From assembly GCF_052938755.1 (NCBI RefSeq), contig NZ_CM129037.1: a DNA stretch of 24,000 nucleotides; one strand, 5' to 3'. Below the pieces are notes generated by a model. It ran no database searches. It saw only the letters and a program-made list of their open reading frames with translations, and was not told the origin of the DNA. The position numbers were made by a program, and so were the translations under genes. Shown here piece after piece: positions 8,173 to 18,685 of the stretch (position 1 is the stretch's first letter; each line of letters opens with the position of its first letter).

Positions 8173-9477
8173 TTAACGATCCCAGTAAGACTCTTCCAGG
8201 CTGTCTTCACGCTCCGGCAAGCCGCGCGTTAAACGAGGTGAATGCTGGTTCAGTACCTGATAGCTCACACGGTTAGCATATTTACACACCTGCGCTAACG
8301 ATGAATAAGTTAACCAGGTGAATTTATGTTTGCTGGAGTTTGGTACGTTGCTACGGTGGTAGCTGTTGGCGGTAATGTCATGCAGCAACGCTGCCAGTGC
8401 GCCATCCCCTGCTCCGTTAGTGTTCATGATTTTTTCCGGCCCGCCCATGTACGGCGCAATGTGCGAATAGACACGCAGCGGATTCTGGCAATCCTTGTGG
8501 CGCATGGCGCGGCTAAACTCATACTGGTTAAATTCCGCGATAGCGCCCGGCAGCAGCGGATGCTGGGTTTTACGTTTCGCTTCGTCTTCGGTAAAGCCCG
8601 CCATATACAAGCCGATTGGCCCGGCGGTGCACAGCACCAGATCTACCCAGTCCAGCGCCTTGTCAGATGCCAACAACGGATCGCTTTCTCCGGTCAACGC
8701 TTCGGCTTCATCTTCGTTCATCGCAAGGATAGAGACGTGGTCTTTGAGGAATTGCTGCCACCACTGCGGATTCTCGGCAATGACAAACTTAGTTCCCAGC
8801 GTCAGCACCACCGGTACGTTATATTTCTTCGCGTACTCAATGGCTTTCATGGTTGCTTCCGGCATGGGTTCACCCGGCTTGCAACGCACCAGATAAGAGG
8901 TGAGAACCAGAGCCGAGGCTCCGGCAATCACATCTTCCGGAATGCTTTCAGCCCGCAGCTGGTTCATGTGGCCAGGGCTGATAGCAAAGGTACGTTCCCC
9001 GGACTCGCCAATCAGCGTAAAGCAACGACCAATCGGGCCATCCACGCCTTGTAGATAGTTAAGATCGGTACGGCTGGAGGTGTTACACAGGTAACGATAG
9101 GCATAGCTGCCAATTTCAATATTGCTGCACATGACGCCCAGCAGCACCGAACGGTCGTCCGCGAGCACCGAGTAGTTGTGCATGGTGTTACCAATGGTGC
9201 CACCCGCAAACTGATGGGTAATCAGGTTTTTCTGTTTTAGTTCCTGATAAAGCGCTTCGGCTACATCATCCTCAATCACCAGTGAATGCCCGGCGCTTAA
9301 TCCATAACGCTCAATAAATTCATCATCCACTTTCGCTTCAATATCGACCAGCGTTTGATCGATACCCACTACCCAGGCAGCGCTGGTTTCGTTTTCTGGC
9401 TGGAATTGCTGAAGCAGCGGATCGCGTGCGTTTACGGGGAAGTAATGTTTGGATTTACGTTTACCGGGAAATTTCAT
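8173..9477 (-). CDS. gsk: Inosine-guanosine kinase (PfkB/ribokinase family), 434 aa
   Basis: The full ORF carries the PfkB signature NTNGAGDGALAALLHD near the C-terminus. Its N-terminus MKFPGKRKSKHYFPVNARDPLL matches Gsk as I recall it. Confidence 0.95.
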   Translation of the reverse strand: MKFPGKRKSKHYFPVNARDPLLQQFQPENETSAAWVVGIDQTLVDIEAKVDDEFIERYGLSAGHSLVIEDDVAEALYQELKQKNLITHQFAGGTIGNTMHNYSVLADDRSVLLGVMCSNIEIGSYAYRYLCNTSSRTDLNYLQGVDGPIGRCFTLIGESGERTFAISPGHMNQLRAESIPEDVIAGASALVLTSYLVRCKPGEPMPEATMKAIEYAKKYNVPVVLTLGTKFVIAENPQWWQQFLKDHVSILAMNEDEAEALTGESDPLLASDKALDWVDLVLCTAGPIGLYMAGFTEDEAKRKTQHPLLPGAIAEFNQYEFSRAMRHKDCQNPLRVYSHIAPYMGGPEKIMNTNGAGDGALAALLHDITANSYHRSNVPNSSKHKFTWLTYSSLAQVCKYANRVSYQVLNQHSPRLTRGLPEREDSLEESYWDR

Positions 9478-9628
9478 GGTTGTTTTTACGGGTGGTTAAC
9501 TGAGCGGCGAATGTTAACACAATCTGACGGGAGCGCGCGAGACGCAGCCAGTTTCAATATCAGCAGGCGGGATCGCATTTTCATGGCAGTGGTTCCTTAC
9601 AATGACGTAATTTGAAAGGAGTTTTTGT

Positions 9629-10588
9629 ATGAAGCCGGAAAACAAATTACCTGTTCTGGACCTTATTTCTGCTGAAATGAAGACCGTTGTGAATACTCTT
9701 CAGCCGGATTTACCGCCCTGGCCCGCAACGGGAACGATTGCTGAGCAACGACAGTATTACACGCTTGAGCGCCGATTCTGGAATGCGGGCGCTCCAGAAA
9801 TGGCAACCAGAGCTTACATGGTTCCAACAAAATATGGGCAGGTGGAAACACGTCTCTTTTGTCCGCAGCCAGATAGCCCGGCGACGCTATTTTATTTGCA
9901 TGGCGGCGGTTTTATTCTCGGCAATCTCGATACCCACGATCGCATCATGCGCCTGCTGGCAAGCTACAGCCAATGTACGGTGATTGGTATTGATTACACC
10001 CTTTCACCTGAAGCGCGTTTTCCGCAAGCGATAGAGGAAATTGTGGCTGCTTGTTGTTATTTCCACCAGCAGGCGGAGGATTATCAAATCAATATGTCCC
10101 GCATTGGCTTTGCCGGTGATTCCGCAGGTGCCATGCTGGCGCTCGCCAGTGCGTTGTGGTTGCGTGATAAACAGATCGATTGCGGTAAAATTGCGGGTGT
10201 TTTGCTGTGGTATGGGCTTTACGGATTACGGGATTCCGTGACTCGTCGTCTGTTGGGCGGTGTCTGGGATGGCTTAACGCAACAGGATTTGCAGATGTAC
10301 GAAGAGGCATATTTAAGCAACGACGCGGACCGCGAGTCGCCGTATTACTGTCTGTTTAATAATGATCTCACTCGCGAAGTTCCGCCCTGTTTTATTGCCG
10401 GGGCGGAGTTCGATCCGCTGCTGGATGACAGCCGTCTGCTTTACCAGACGTTAGCGGCGCATCAGCAGCCCTGTGAGTTCAAACTCTACCCAGGCACGCT
10501 GCACGCCTTTTTGCATTATTCACGGATGATGAAAACCGCCGACGAGGCTCTTCGCGACGGCGCTCAGTTCTTTACCGCTCAGCTTTAG
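9629..10588 (+). CDS. aes: Acetyl esterase (hormone-sensitive-lipase family), 319 aa
   Basis: The full ORF has the RBS AAGGAG upstream. It carries the HGGGF oxyanion-hole motif ([11 protein letters not shown]) and the GDSAGA nucleophile elbow. It matches Aes. Confidence 0.95.
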   Translation: MKPENKLPVLDLISAEMKTVVNTLQPDLPPWPATGTIAEQRQYYTLERRFWNAGAPEMATRAYMVPTKYGQVETRLFCPQPDSPATLFYLHGGGFILGNLDTHDRIMRLLASYSQCTVIGIDYTLSPEARFPQAIEEIVAACCYFHQQAEDYQINMSRIGFAGDSAGAMLALASALWLRDKQIDCGKIAGVLLWYGLYGLRDSVTRRLLGGVWDGLTQQDLQMYEEAYLSNDADRESPYYCLFNNDLTREVPPCFIAGAEFDPLLDDSRLLYQTLAAHQQPCEFKLYPGTLHAFLHYSRMMKTADEALRDGAQFFTAQL

Positions 10589-11547
10589 CGATACGCGGCA
10601 ACAAGATTAGCCATCATTTCGATATGTTCCGGCGTGGCATTAAGCGCCGGAATATATTCATATTTTTTCCCGCCGGCACCGAGGAAGACCTCACGGTTTT
10701 GCTCGGCAATCTCTTCCAGCGTCTCCAGACAATCCGCAGCAAAGCCCGGGCACATCACCTGAATATGACCTACGCCTTTTTCTCCGAGCATTTTCAGCGT
10801 TTCGTCGGTATAAGGCATCAGCCAGGGTTCCCGACCAAAGCGCGACTGAAAGGTCATCATCACTTTTTCCGGTGCCATCCCCAATGCGGAAGCCAGTTCA
10901 CGAGTCGTTGTGCGGCAACGTTGCGGGTAATCATCGCCTTCATCTGCATAACGCTGGGGAATGCCATGATAAGAGAGCAGTAGCAGATCCGGTTCGCCAT
11001 GTTTGGCAAAAGAAGCGCGTACGCTGTTCGCCAGTGCATTAATGTAATCGTGGTTATCGGCGTAATCACGTATAAACGATATCCCCGGAATGCTACGTTT
11101 GCGCGCCAGAATGCGTGCCAGTTCATCCCATACCGCACCGACCGTAGAACAGGAGAATTGCGGATAAAGCGGCAGCACCACAATATGATCTACATGCTCT
11201 GCCAGGAGTTCATCTACGGCGCTTTCCAGTGATGGCGAGCCGTAGCTCATTCCCAGCGCTACGGGCATCTCCGGTAAACGTTGTGCCAGCGCCTGCTGTT
11301 GCTGGCGGCTGTAAACCATCAGCGGCGAGCCACCTTCCATCCAGACAGAGGCATACAGCTTCGCCACACGCGGCGAGCGCAGCGGCAAAATCACGCCGCG
11401 CAGCAATGGCCACCATAACAACCGTGAGGTATCAACCACGCGTCTGTCGCTTAAAAATTGTTTCAGATAGCGTTTTACCGCTTCAGGTGTGGGGGCATCG
11501 GGCGTACCCAGGTTTGCCAGCAGGATACCGGTTTTAGTCTGACGCAT
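10585..11547 (-). CDS. hemH: Ferrochelatase, 320 aa
   Basis: The full ORF ([38 protein letters not shown]...) matches E. coli HemH. Its 3' end overlaps the 3' end of aes by 4 nt. Confidence 0.95.
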   Translation of the reverse strand: MRQTKTGILLANLGTPDAPTPEAVKRYLKQFLSDRRVVDTSRLLWWPLLRGVILPLRSPRVAKLYASVWMEGGSPLMVYSRQQQQALAQRLPEMPVALGMSYGSPSLESAVDELLAEHVDHIVVLPLYPQFSCSTVGAVWDELARILARKRSIPGISFIRDYADNHDYINALANSVRASFAKHGEPDLLLLSYHGIPQRYADEGDDYPQRCRTTTRELASALGMAPEKVMMTFQSRFGREPWLMPYTDETLKMLGEKGVGHIQVMCPGFAADCLETLEEIAEQNREVFLGAGGKKYEYIPALNATPEHIEMMANLVAAYR

Positions 11548-11678
11548 TACCGCCTCTTATCGATTCAACTTGTTGATAATTGTAGCGGAAAAGTGAGGAA
11601 GAAGAACTAATTGCTGTGAAAGGTCTGGCCTGAGGATGATGAGCAGACCTGCCCGAGAGCAGATCTGCTGCGGCTTGA

Positions 11679-12395
<717 letters not shown>

Positions 12396-12460
12396 TCAAG
12401 AAAGGCACCTGAGGCTGAAACGGTTAATGGCGAGATAATTTGCGGAAAGTGCAGATGATG

Positions 12461-12499
12461 AAAAGAAAAATGCCGGATGACACGAAGGTCATCCGGCAT
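12461..12499 (-). terminator. Intrinsic terminator of htpG
   Basis: On the minus strand, a 12-bp stem ATGCCGGATGAC / GTCATCCGGCAT (12499-12488 and 12481-12470) encloses a 6-nt loop. It is followed by TTTTCTTTT (12469-12461) and starts 5 nt after the htpG stop. Confidence 0.85.
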
Positions 12500-12503
12500 T
12501 ACA

Positions 12504-14378
12504 TCAGGAAACCAGCAGCTGGTTCATACGACGAATAAACAGGTTCGGATCTTCCAGCGTGCCGCGTTCTGCCAGCAGCGCCTGATCCAGCAGCAGTTCT
12601 ACCCACTCGCTGAACTTCGCTTCATCTTCAGTATCTGCCGCACGTTTCACCAGTACGTGATCCGGGTTCAGTTCGAAGATGTATTTCACTTCTGGCACTT
12701 TCTGGCCCGCCGCAGCGAACAGTTTCGCCATCTGAGTGCTCATTTCGTCCGCGTCGGTCGAAACGATCGCTGGCGTATCGGTCAGACGGTGAGTCAGACG
12801 GACATCTTTCACGCGCTCGCCGAGCAGGGCTTTCACACGGTCGATGAACGGAGTCAGTGCTTTCTCCGCTTCTTTCGCGCTCTCATCAACTTCGTCAGCC
12901 AGTTTTTCCAGCGACTCGTCAACTTTAGACACCGACTGGAACGGTTTACCGTCGAACTCAGTCAGATAGTTCATCATCCACTCATCGATGCGGTCGGAAA
13001 GCAGCAGAACTTCGATGCCTTTCTTACGCAGCAGTTCCAGGTGCGGGCTGCTCTTCGCTGCCGCATAGCTGTCTGCAGTGATGTAGTAGATTTTCTCCTG
13101 CCCTTCTTTCATGCGGGAAACGTAGTCTTCCAGAGACACGGTCTGCGCAGAAGAATCGGTATGAGTAGAAGCAAAACGCAGCAGTTTGGCGATCGCTTCC
13201 TGGTTAGCGAAATCTTCCGCCGGACCTTCTTTCAGTACCAGGCCAAACTGTTGCCAGAAGGTCTGGTATTTTTCCGCGTCGTCTTTCGCCAGTTTTTCCA
13301 GCATTTGCAGCACACGCTTGGTCAGCGCATTGCGCAGGTTACGCGTTACCGTGCTGTCCTGGAGGATTTCACGGGAAACGTTCAGCGGCAGATCGCTGGA
13401 GTCAATCAGACCACGCACGAAGCGCAGATAGTTCGGCATGAACTGTTCTGCGTCGTCCATGATGAACACACGCTGAACATACAGTTTCAGGCCGTGTTTA
13501 TGATCACGGTTCCACATATCCCACGGAGCCTGGGACGGGATGTACAGCAGGCTGGTGTACTCCTGCTTACCTTCAACGCGGTTGTGGCTCCAGGTCAGCG
13601 GATCGTTAAAGTCGTGGGCGATGTGTTTGTAGAACTCTTTGTACTCTTCATCGGTGATTTCCGACTTGTTACGAGTCCATAGCGCCTGCGCTTTGTTGAT
13701 TTTTTCCCAGGAGATAACGGTTTCGCCATCTTTCTCTTCGCGTTTTTCGATCTCTACCGGCAGCGCGATATGGTCGGAGTATTTGCTGATGATGGAACGC
13801 ACGCGCCAGTCATCGAGGAACTCGTCTTCGCCTTCACGCAGATGCAGGGTGATTTCAGTACCACGATCTTCTTTGGTGATGTCGGCAACGGTGTATTCAC
13901 CTTCGCCAGCCGATTCCCAGAACACGCCATTTTCTGGTTTTTCGCCTGCCGCGCGAGTACGCACGGTCACTTTGTCGGCCACGATAAACGCAGAGTAGAA
14001 ACCAACACCAAACTGACCGATCAGCTGGCTGTCTTTCGCCTGGTCAGAACCCAGGGATTCGAGGAATGATTTGGTGCCGGATTTAGCGATAGTCCCCAGA
14101 TGGTCGATCACTTCGTCGCGGGTCATCCCCACGCCGTTATCGGAGATGGTCAGCGTACGCTTGTCTTTATCGAAAGAGACACGAACGCGCAGTTCGCCAT
14201 CACCTTCGTACAGGTCCGGGTTAGATAGCGCACGGAAACGCAACTTGTCCGCCGCATCGGAGGCGTTAGAGATAAGCTCACGCAGGAAGATTTCTTTATT
14301 GGAATAGAGAGAATGGATCATCAGGTGCAGAAGCTGTTTCACTTCTGACTGAAAACCACGAGTTTCTTGTCCTTTCAT
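12504..14378 (-). CDS. htpG: Hsp90-family molecular chaperone HtpG, 624 aa
   Basis: The full ORF carries the Hsp90 N-terminal signature [18 protein letters not shown] and the GHKL ATPase fold motifs ([15 protein letters not shown]). It matches E. coli HtpG. Confidence 0.97.
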   Translation of the reverse strand: MKGQETRGFQSEVKQLLHLMIHSLYSNKEIFLRELISNASDAADKLRFRALSNPDLYEGDGELRVRVSFDKDKRTLTISDNGVGMTRDEVIDHLGTIAKSGTKSFLESLGSDQAKDSQLIGQFGVGFYSAFIVADKVTVRTRAAGEKPENGVFWESAGEGEYTVADITKEDRGTEITLHLREGEDEFLDDWRVRSIISKYSDHIALPVEIEKREEKDGETVISWEKINKAQALWTRNKSEITDEEYKEFYKHIAHDFNDPLTWSHNRVEGKQEYTSLLYIPSQAPWDMWNRDHKHGLKLYVQRVFIMDDAEQFMPNYLRFVRGLIDSSDLPLNVSREILQDSTVTRNLRNALTKRVLQMLEKLAKDDAEKYQTFWQQFGLVLKEGPAEDFANQEAIAKLLRFASTHTDSSAQTVSLEDYVSRMKEGQEKIYYITADSYAAAKSSPHLELLRKKGIEVLLLSDRIDEWMMNYLTEFDGKPFQSVSKVDESLEKLADEVDESAKEAEKALTPFIDRVKALLGERVKDVRLTHRLTDTPAIVSTDADEMSTQMAKLFAAAGQKVPEVKYIFELNPDHVLVKRAADTEDEAKFSEWVELLLDQALLAERGTLEDPNLFIRRMNQLLVS

Positions 14379-14429
14379 GTAGGTCTACCTCAATAATGCC
14401 ATTTTAAGGTTAAAAACAGGATGAGGGAG

Positions 14430-14458
14430 AGATGGGGACAAGGGAGAATAATTTCAAG
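14430..14458 (-). promoter_or_regulatory. Sigma-32 (heat-shock) promoter of htpG
   Basis: On the minus strand, CTTGAAA (14458-14452) is followed by a 14-nt spacer and CCCCATCT (14437-14430). This is a very close match to the sigma-32 consensus CTTGAAA-N13-15-CCCCATnT, about 50 nt upstream of the htpG ATG. Confidence 0.85.
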
Positions 14459-14482
14459 CGAGAGCAGGTGATCCTGCTCTCG
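14459..14482 (-). terminator. Hairpin after recR stop (terminator or attenuator-like, no U-tract)
   Basis: A perfect 10-bp stem CGAGAGCAGG / CCTGCTCTCG encloses a 4-nt loop. It lies 5 nt downstream of the recR stop and directly abuts the -35 element of the htpG sigma-32 promoter. Confidence 0.45.
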
Positions 14483-14487
14483 TTTGC

Positions 14488-15092
14488 TTAAAAACGAATC
14501 TTATGACGCCCGGCAAGGGAATGCGACAGCGTGGTGCCGTCGACCATTTCCAGCTCGCCGCCAACCGGTACGCCATGAGCGATTCGGCTGGCTTCCACGT
14601 CATATTGCGCGCAAAGCTCGGCAATGTAGTTAGCGGTAGCTTCACCTTCAACCGTGGGATTGGTGGCGAGGATCACTTCAGTGATTTTTTCCTCTGCCAG
14701 ACGCTGTTCCAGACGATCAAGCCCGATATCATCCGGACCGATGCCGTCCAGCGGTGACAGATGCCCCATCAACACAAAATAACGACCTGAAAACTGCCCC
14801 GTCTGCTCAATGGCGTAAATGTCCGCCGGACTCTCCACCACACAGATTTGACCGTTTTCCTGACGACGCGGATTCGAACAGATGTTACAGACTTCCTGTT
14901 CGGTGAAAGTGCGGCAATCGGCGCAGTGGCCGATTTCCGACATCGCCCGGGTGAGCGCCTGCGCCAGACGCATCCCGCCGCTACGATCGCGCTGAAGCAG
15001 CGTGAACGCCATACGCTGCGCCGACTTCGGGCCAACGCCCGGCAGACAGCGCAGTGCTTCCATAAGCTGTGTTAACAGCGGGCTGGTTTGCA

Positions 15093-15093
<1 letters not shown>
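14488..15093 (-). CDS. recR: Recombination mediator RecR, 201 aa
   Basis: The full ORF has an N-terminal helix-hairpin-helix region, the C4 zinc finger [16 protein letters not shown] and a Toprim domain. Its start ATG overlaps the ybaB stop (TGATG). Confidence 0.96.
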
Positions 15094-15437
<344 letters not shown>

Positions 15438-15474
15438 TCACGTTAAGGATGACGAACGTAAGCTGTGCTTACGA

Positions 15475-17406
15475 TCAAATGGGGCGGATACTTTCTTCAT
15501 CCAGCTCCGCATCGAAAAAACGACGCAGGGTCTGAATATTATTATCCGCAATAATGGACTCGCGCGCCTGCGCAAGTTTTTCTTCGTATATCGCCTGACG
15601 CCACTCCAGCGGCGTACGCACCGCGGGATTATCATCTTCAACGATAGTCAGTTCAACCGTTGAACCTTTTAACATGCTCAACGCTTCAGCCAGTTTTTGC
15701 TGTGCACCGCGGTTGTTCAAATGCCGCTGAGAGGAGCGCAAATGCAAACATACTGCGTTATCACTCTCCTCTTTCCAGGTATTTAACGCCACCTGTTCGA
15801 CCAGTTTTGGTAGCGAAAGTTGACTCACCTGAGCCGCCCACGCGTCGCGCTCAATGGCTTCTGCCGCCAGCTTCGCCGCCAGTTCCGGCGTTTTTTCATG
15901 TTCCAGCGCTTTTTTCAGCGCCTTCGGCGTGGCGACCACTTCTTTTTGCTGCATCACTGGAGTGGTCGCCTTCCAGCGATACGCTTCTTTTTTAGCTGGC
16001 GCTTTTTCCAGCGCCGATGGCACCGGACGCGTCTGAACGCGATCTGTGACCGAAGCCAGCCTTTCCAGCGCAGCGTTATTCACCGGCCGCGCGCGGGTAG
16101 CGGCTGCCGGTTCACTCTTTTTTGCTTTGGTTGCTCCCTGCACGCGCTGCAACTGCTGGCGCGCCGCCAGCACCTGGCTGGTGGTTTCCGGGAGCGGTAC
16201 AGTCGGTGCCTGCTGCGGCGCTGATTGCGGTTGCGGCGGCACCTGGGTTGGCGTCATTACTGCCGTTGGCGCGACGGGTGCAAAGGACTGGCGTGGCACT
16301 TCTGGCTCAGGCAGCGGCATACGCGGATGGAACGCCAGCGCGCGCAGCAGCGTCATCTCAACGCCCATACGGCGGTCCGGCGCATACGGTAATTCTTTGC
16401 GACCAATCAACAGCGTCTGATAGTAAAGCTGAATATCCGTCGGCGGTATGGTACGCGCCAGTTCACGCATCCGCAGCTCGATGGCGGCCATGTCGTTGCC
16501 AAGTGCAGCAGGCGAAAGTTGTACCATCGCAATACGATGCAACAGGCCGAGCATTTCCACCAGCAACGCTTCCCACTCGATACCACGGGCAGCGGCTTCA
16601 TTAATCAGCGCCATTACGCGCTCGCCGTTGGCCTCGACCATCGCTTCAACCAGCGACAGCGCCTGATCGTCGTCAAGCGTACCCAGCATCGCACTGACCG
16701 CCTGGGTTGAAACCTGACCGTCACCGCTGGCAATCGCCTGATCGGTCAGACTTAAGGCATCTCGCAGGCTGCCTTCAGCGGCGCGTGCCAGCAATTGCAG
16801 CGCCCGCGGCTCGTGAGCGATATGTTCTTCGTTGAGGATGTGCTCAAGCTGATGGCGAATTTGCTCGACATCCAGCGCCTTGAGATGAAATTGCAAACAG
16901 CGCGACAAAATCGTCACCGGCAATTTCTGTGGATCGGTCGTCGCCAGCAGAAACTTAACGTGCTCCGGCGGCTCTTCAAGAGTTTTTAACAGTGCGTTAA
17001 AGCTGTGACGCGACAGCATATGCACTTCGTCGATGAGATAAACTTTGAAACGACCACGCGCCGGAGCGTACTGGACGTTATCCAGCAGGTCGCGAGTGTC
17101 TTCAACTTTGGTGCGCGAGGCGGCGTCGATTTCAATCAGATCGACAAAGCGCCCCTGCTCGATTTCACGACAGTTATCGCACACACCGCACGGCGTCGCG
17201 GTAATGCCGGTTTCGCAGTTTAGCCCCTTCGCCAGCAGTCGGGCGATAGAGGTTTTTCCGACGCCACGGGTACCGGAAAAAAGATAAGCATGATGAATAC
17301 GCCCTAACGACAAGCCGTTCGCCAGTGCGGTCAGCACATGTTCCTGGCCGACGACGTCAGCAAAGGTTTGTGGGCGCCATTTTCGGGCTAAGACCTGATA
17401 ACTCAT
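15475..17406 (-). CDS. dnaX: DNA polymerase III tau subunit (full-length dnaX product), 643 aa
   Basis: The full ORF has the AAA+ clamp-loader Walker A motif GTRGVGKTS, Walker B motif LIDEVHML, a zinc module CETGITATPCGVCDNC, the SRC motif, a P/Q-rich linker and a tau-specific C-terminus. Confidence 0.97.
   Translation of the reverse strand: MSYQVLARKWRPQTFADVVGQEHVLTALANGLSLGRIHHAYLFSGTRGVGKTSIARLLAKGLNCETGITATPCGVCDNCREIEQGRFVDLIEIDAASRTKVEDTRDLLDNVQYAPARGRFKVYLIDEVHMLSRHSFNALLKTLEEPPEHVKFLLATTDPQKLPVTILSRCLQFHLKALDVEQIRHQLEHILNEEHIAHEPRALQLLARAAEGSLRDALSLTDQAIASGDGQVSTQAVSAMLGTLDDDQALSLVEAMVEANGERVMALINEAAARGIEWEALLVEMLGLLHRIAMVQLSPAALGNDMAAIELRMRELARTIPPTDIQLYYQTLLIGRKELPYAPDRRMGVEMTLLRALAFHPRMPLPEPEVPRQSFAPVAPTAVMTPTQVPPQPQSAPQQAPTVPLPETTSQVLAARQQLQRVQGATKAKKSEPAAATRARPVNNAALERLASVTDRVQTRPVPSALEKAPAKKEAYRWKATTPVMQQKEVVATPKALKKALEHEKTPELAAKLAAEAIERDAWAAQVSQLSLPKLVEQVALNTWKEESDNAVCLHLRSSQRHLNNRGAQQKLAEALSMLKGSTVELTIVEDDNPAVRTPLEWRQAIYEEKLAQARESIIADNNIQTLRRFFDAELDEESIRPI
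16083..16139 (-). promoter_or_regulatory. dnaX: dnaX -1 ribosomal frameshift signal (SD-like element, slippery heptamer, downstream stem-loop)
   Basis: On the minus strand, AGGGAG (16139-16134) is followed by 10 nt, then A AAA AAG (16123-16117), then 6 nt, then the GC-rich imperfect hairpin CCGGCAGCCGCTACCCGCGCGCGGCCGG (16110-16083). All three elements and their spacings are visible in the sequence. Confidence 0.9.
16112..17406 (-). CDS. dnaX: DNA polymerase III gamma subunit, made by programmed -1 frameshift (430 shared residues plus Glu, then stop)
   Basis: Codons 429-430 (AAA AAG) lie in the heptamer A AAA AAG (16123-16117, minus strand). After a -1 slip the next codons are GAG then TGA (16114-16112). 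This gives 431 aa, as established for E. coli gamma. Confidence 0.85.
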
Positions 17407-17534
17407 TGGCAGGCTCTGAAACGCTGGAAGGTGGATTCACGAAGGGGTAATGCTAACACAGCCCCGTCAGAACGGCGAGGCTGAATGCACATCTTGTGCT
17501 GTCCGTAGCGTGGGCAGCACAAGACTGGCGATAA

Positions 17535-18086
17535 TTAATGGCCCGGGAACGGGACAAGGCTGTAGCTGGTAATGCCCTGTTTTTCGAGACGCTGTTCGCC
17601 GCCGAGATCGAACAGGTTGATAATGAACGCAGCGTCAGCCACTTCACCACCCAGACGACGGATCAGTTTAACGGTCGCTTCGATAGTGCCGCCGGTTGCC
17701 AGCAGATCGTCCACCACCAGAACTTTGTCGCCCGGTTTGATGGCATCAACGTGGATCTCCAGCTGATCGGTGCCGTATTCCAGATCGTAAGTTTCACTGA
17801 TAGTTTCACGCGGCAGTTTGCCCGGTTTACGGACCGGTACAAAGCCAACGCCCAGACCCAGAGCTACCGGAGCGCCAAACAAGAAGCCACGCGCTTCGGT
17901 GCCGACAACTTTGGTAATGCCCGCATTTTTGTAACGCTCAACCAGCAAGTCGATGCTGAGAGCGTAAGCTTTCGGGTCTTCCAGTAAGCTGGTGACATCG
18001 CGGAAAAGAATGCCGGGTTTTGGGTAGTCCTGAATGCTTTTGATGCTATTTTTGAGATACTCAAGCTGCTGTGCAGTCGCGGTCAT
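17535..18086 (-). CDS. apt: Adenine phosphoribosyltransferase, 183 aa
   Basis: It lies within track ORF 17535..18140. I chose the ATG at 18084-18086 ([32 protein letters not shown]...). The PRPP-binding motif [13 protein letters not shown] is present, and the 183-aa length matches E. coli Apt. Confidence 0.93.
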
Positions 18087-18238
18087 AAGTGTATGCCTGC
18101 TTGTTACGGTGGTACTCACGGCGCGTTTTAAACGTATCAAAAGTAACAGTTGTTTAACCTTTGACCGCCTGCGCCTGTGCTCGAAAACGCCAGAATGTAC
18201 TGGCTGTACGCAATAATTGCAACTGCGATTGTTGTGCT

Positions 18239-18616
18239 TCAGTGCTTTTCTTGCTTTTCATCAATCACCGGAATTCGCCACATATAGAAAAGCAAACAGG
18301 CGAGAATTACCAGCAACATGATGCGCACCCATGGCATCTGGACGAACCACAGAGAAATGGCAAACGTGAGCAAAATAAGCAAAATCGCCCGCGGTTTGAC
18401 GCCGCGCGGCATCGCATGATGTTTCTGCCAGAAACGTAGATAGCTGCCAAACCATGAGCGGTACAGCAACCAGGCGTGAAAGCGCGGGGAAGAACGGGCA
18501 AAGCACCAGGCCGCCAGCAGGATAAACGGCGTCGTCGGTAATACCGGTAATACCACGCCCAGCGTACCCAGCACTACCGCCAGCCAGCCAATGATGATTA
18601 AAATGATTCGTTGCAT
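18239..18616 (-). CDS. ybaN: Small inner-membrane protein, DUF454 family, 125 aa
   Basis: The full ORF encodes four hydrophobic segments. The sequence [50 protein letters not shown] matches YbaN as I recall it. Confidence 0.88.
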
Positions 18617-18685
18617 ATTGAGTGTTGTCAGCTTACAGAGTGGCTACTTTAGCATAACAATTATCATTTTCATTGAGGTCTTATC

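Noticed and set aside
8326-9054. A 242-aa plus-strand ORF (plus a nested 133-aa ORF at 8495-8896)
   Set aside because: It is antisense to gsk. Its composition is Arg/Gly/His-rich and non-protein-like, and no start context is visible. I treat it as a shadow ORF.
9495-9518. Two GTTAAC hexamers 12 nt apart in the gsk-aes divergent spacer, able to pair as a 6-bp stem
   Set aside because: The match is only 6 bp and each hexamer is self-palindromic. It does not match the PurR box or any other operator I know. That is too weak to call.
12477-13682. A 401-aa ORF on the plus strand, the longest unexplained ORF in the track
   Set aside because: It lies entirely antisense to htpG. Its translation is low-complexity and rich in R/F/Q/V with no recognisable motifs, and it has no RBS. 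The start overlaps the htpG terminator. This is a typical shadow ORF created by the codon bias of a highly expressed gene on the other strand.
15820-16604. Several plus-strand ORFs (111-160 aa) rich in Ala/Arg/Gly/Pro
   Set aside because: They are antisense to the GC-rich Pro/Gln/Ala linker region of dnaX. The open frames are a by-product of GC-rich composition.
17538-17987. A 149-aa plus-strand ORF
   Set aside because: It is antisense to apt, with no RBS or motifs.
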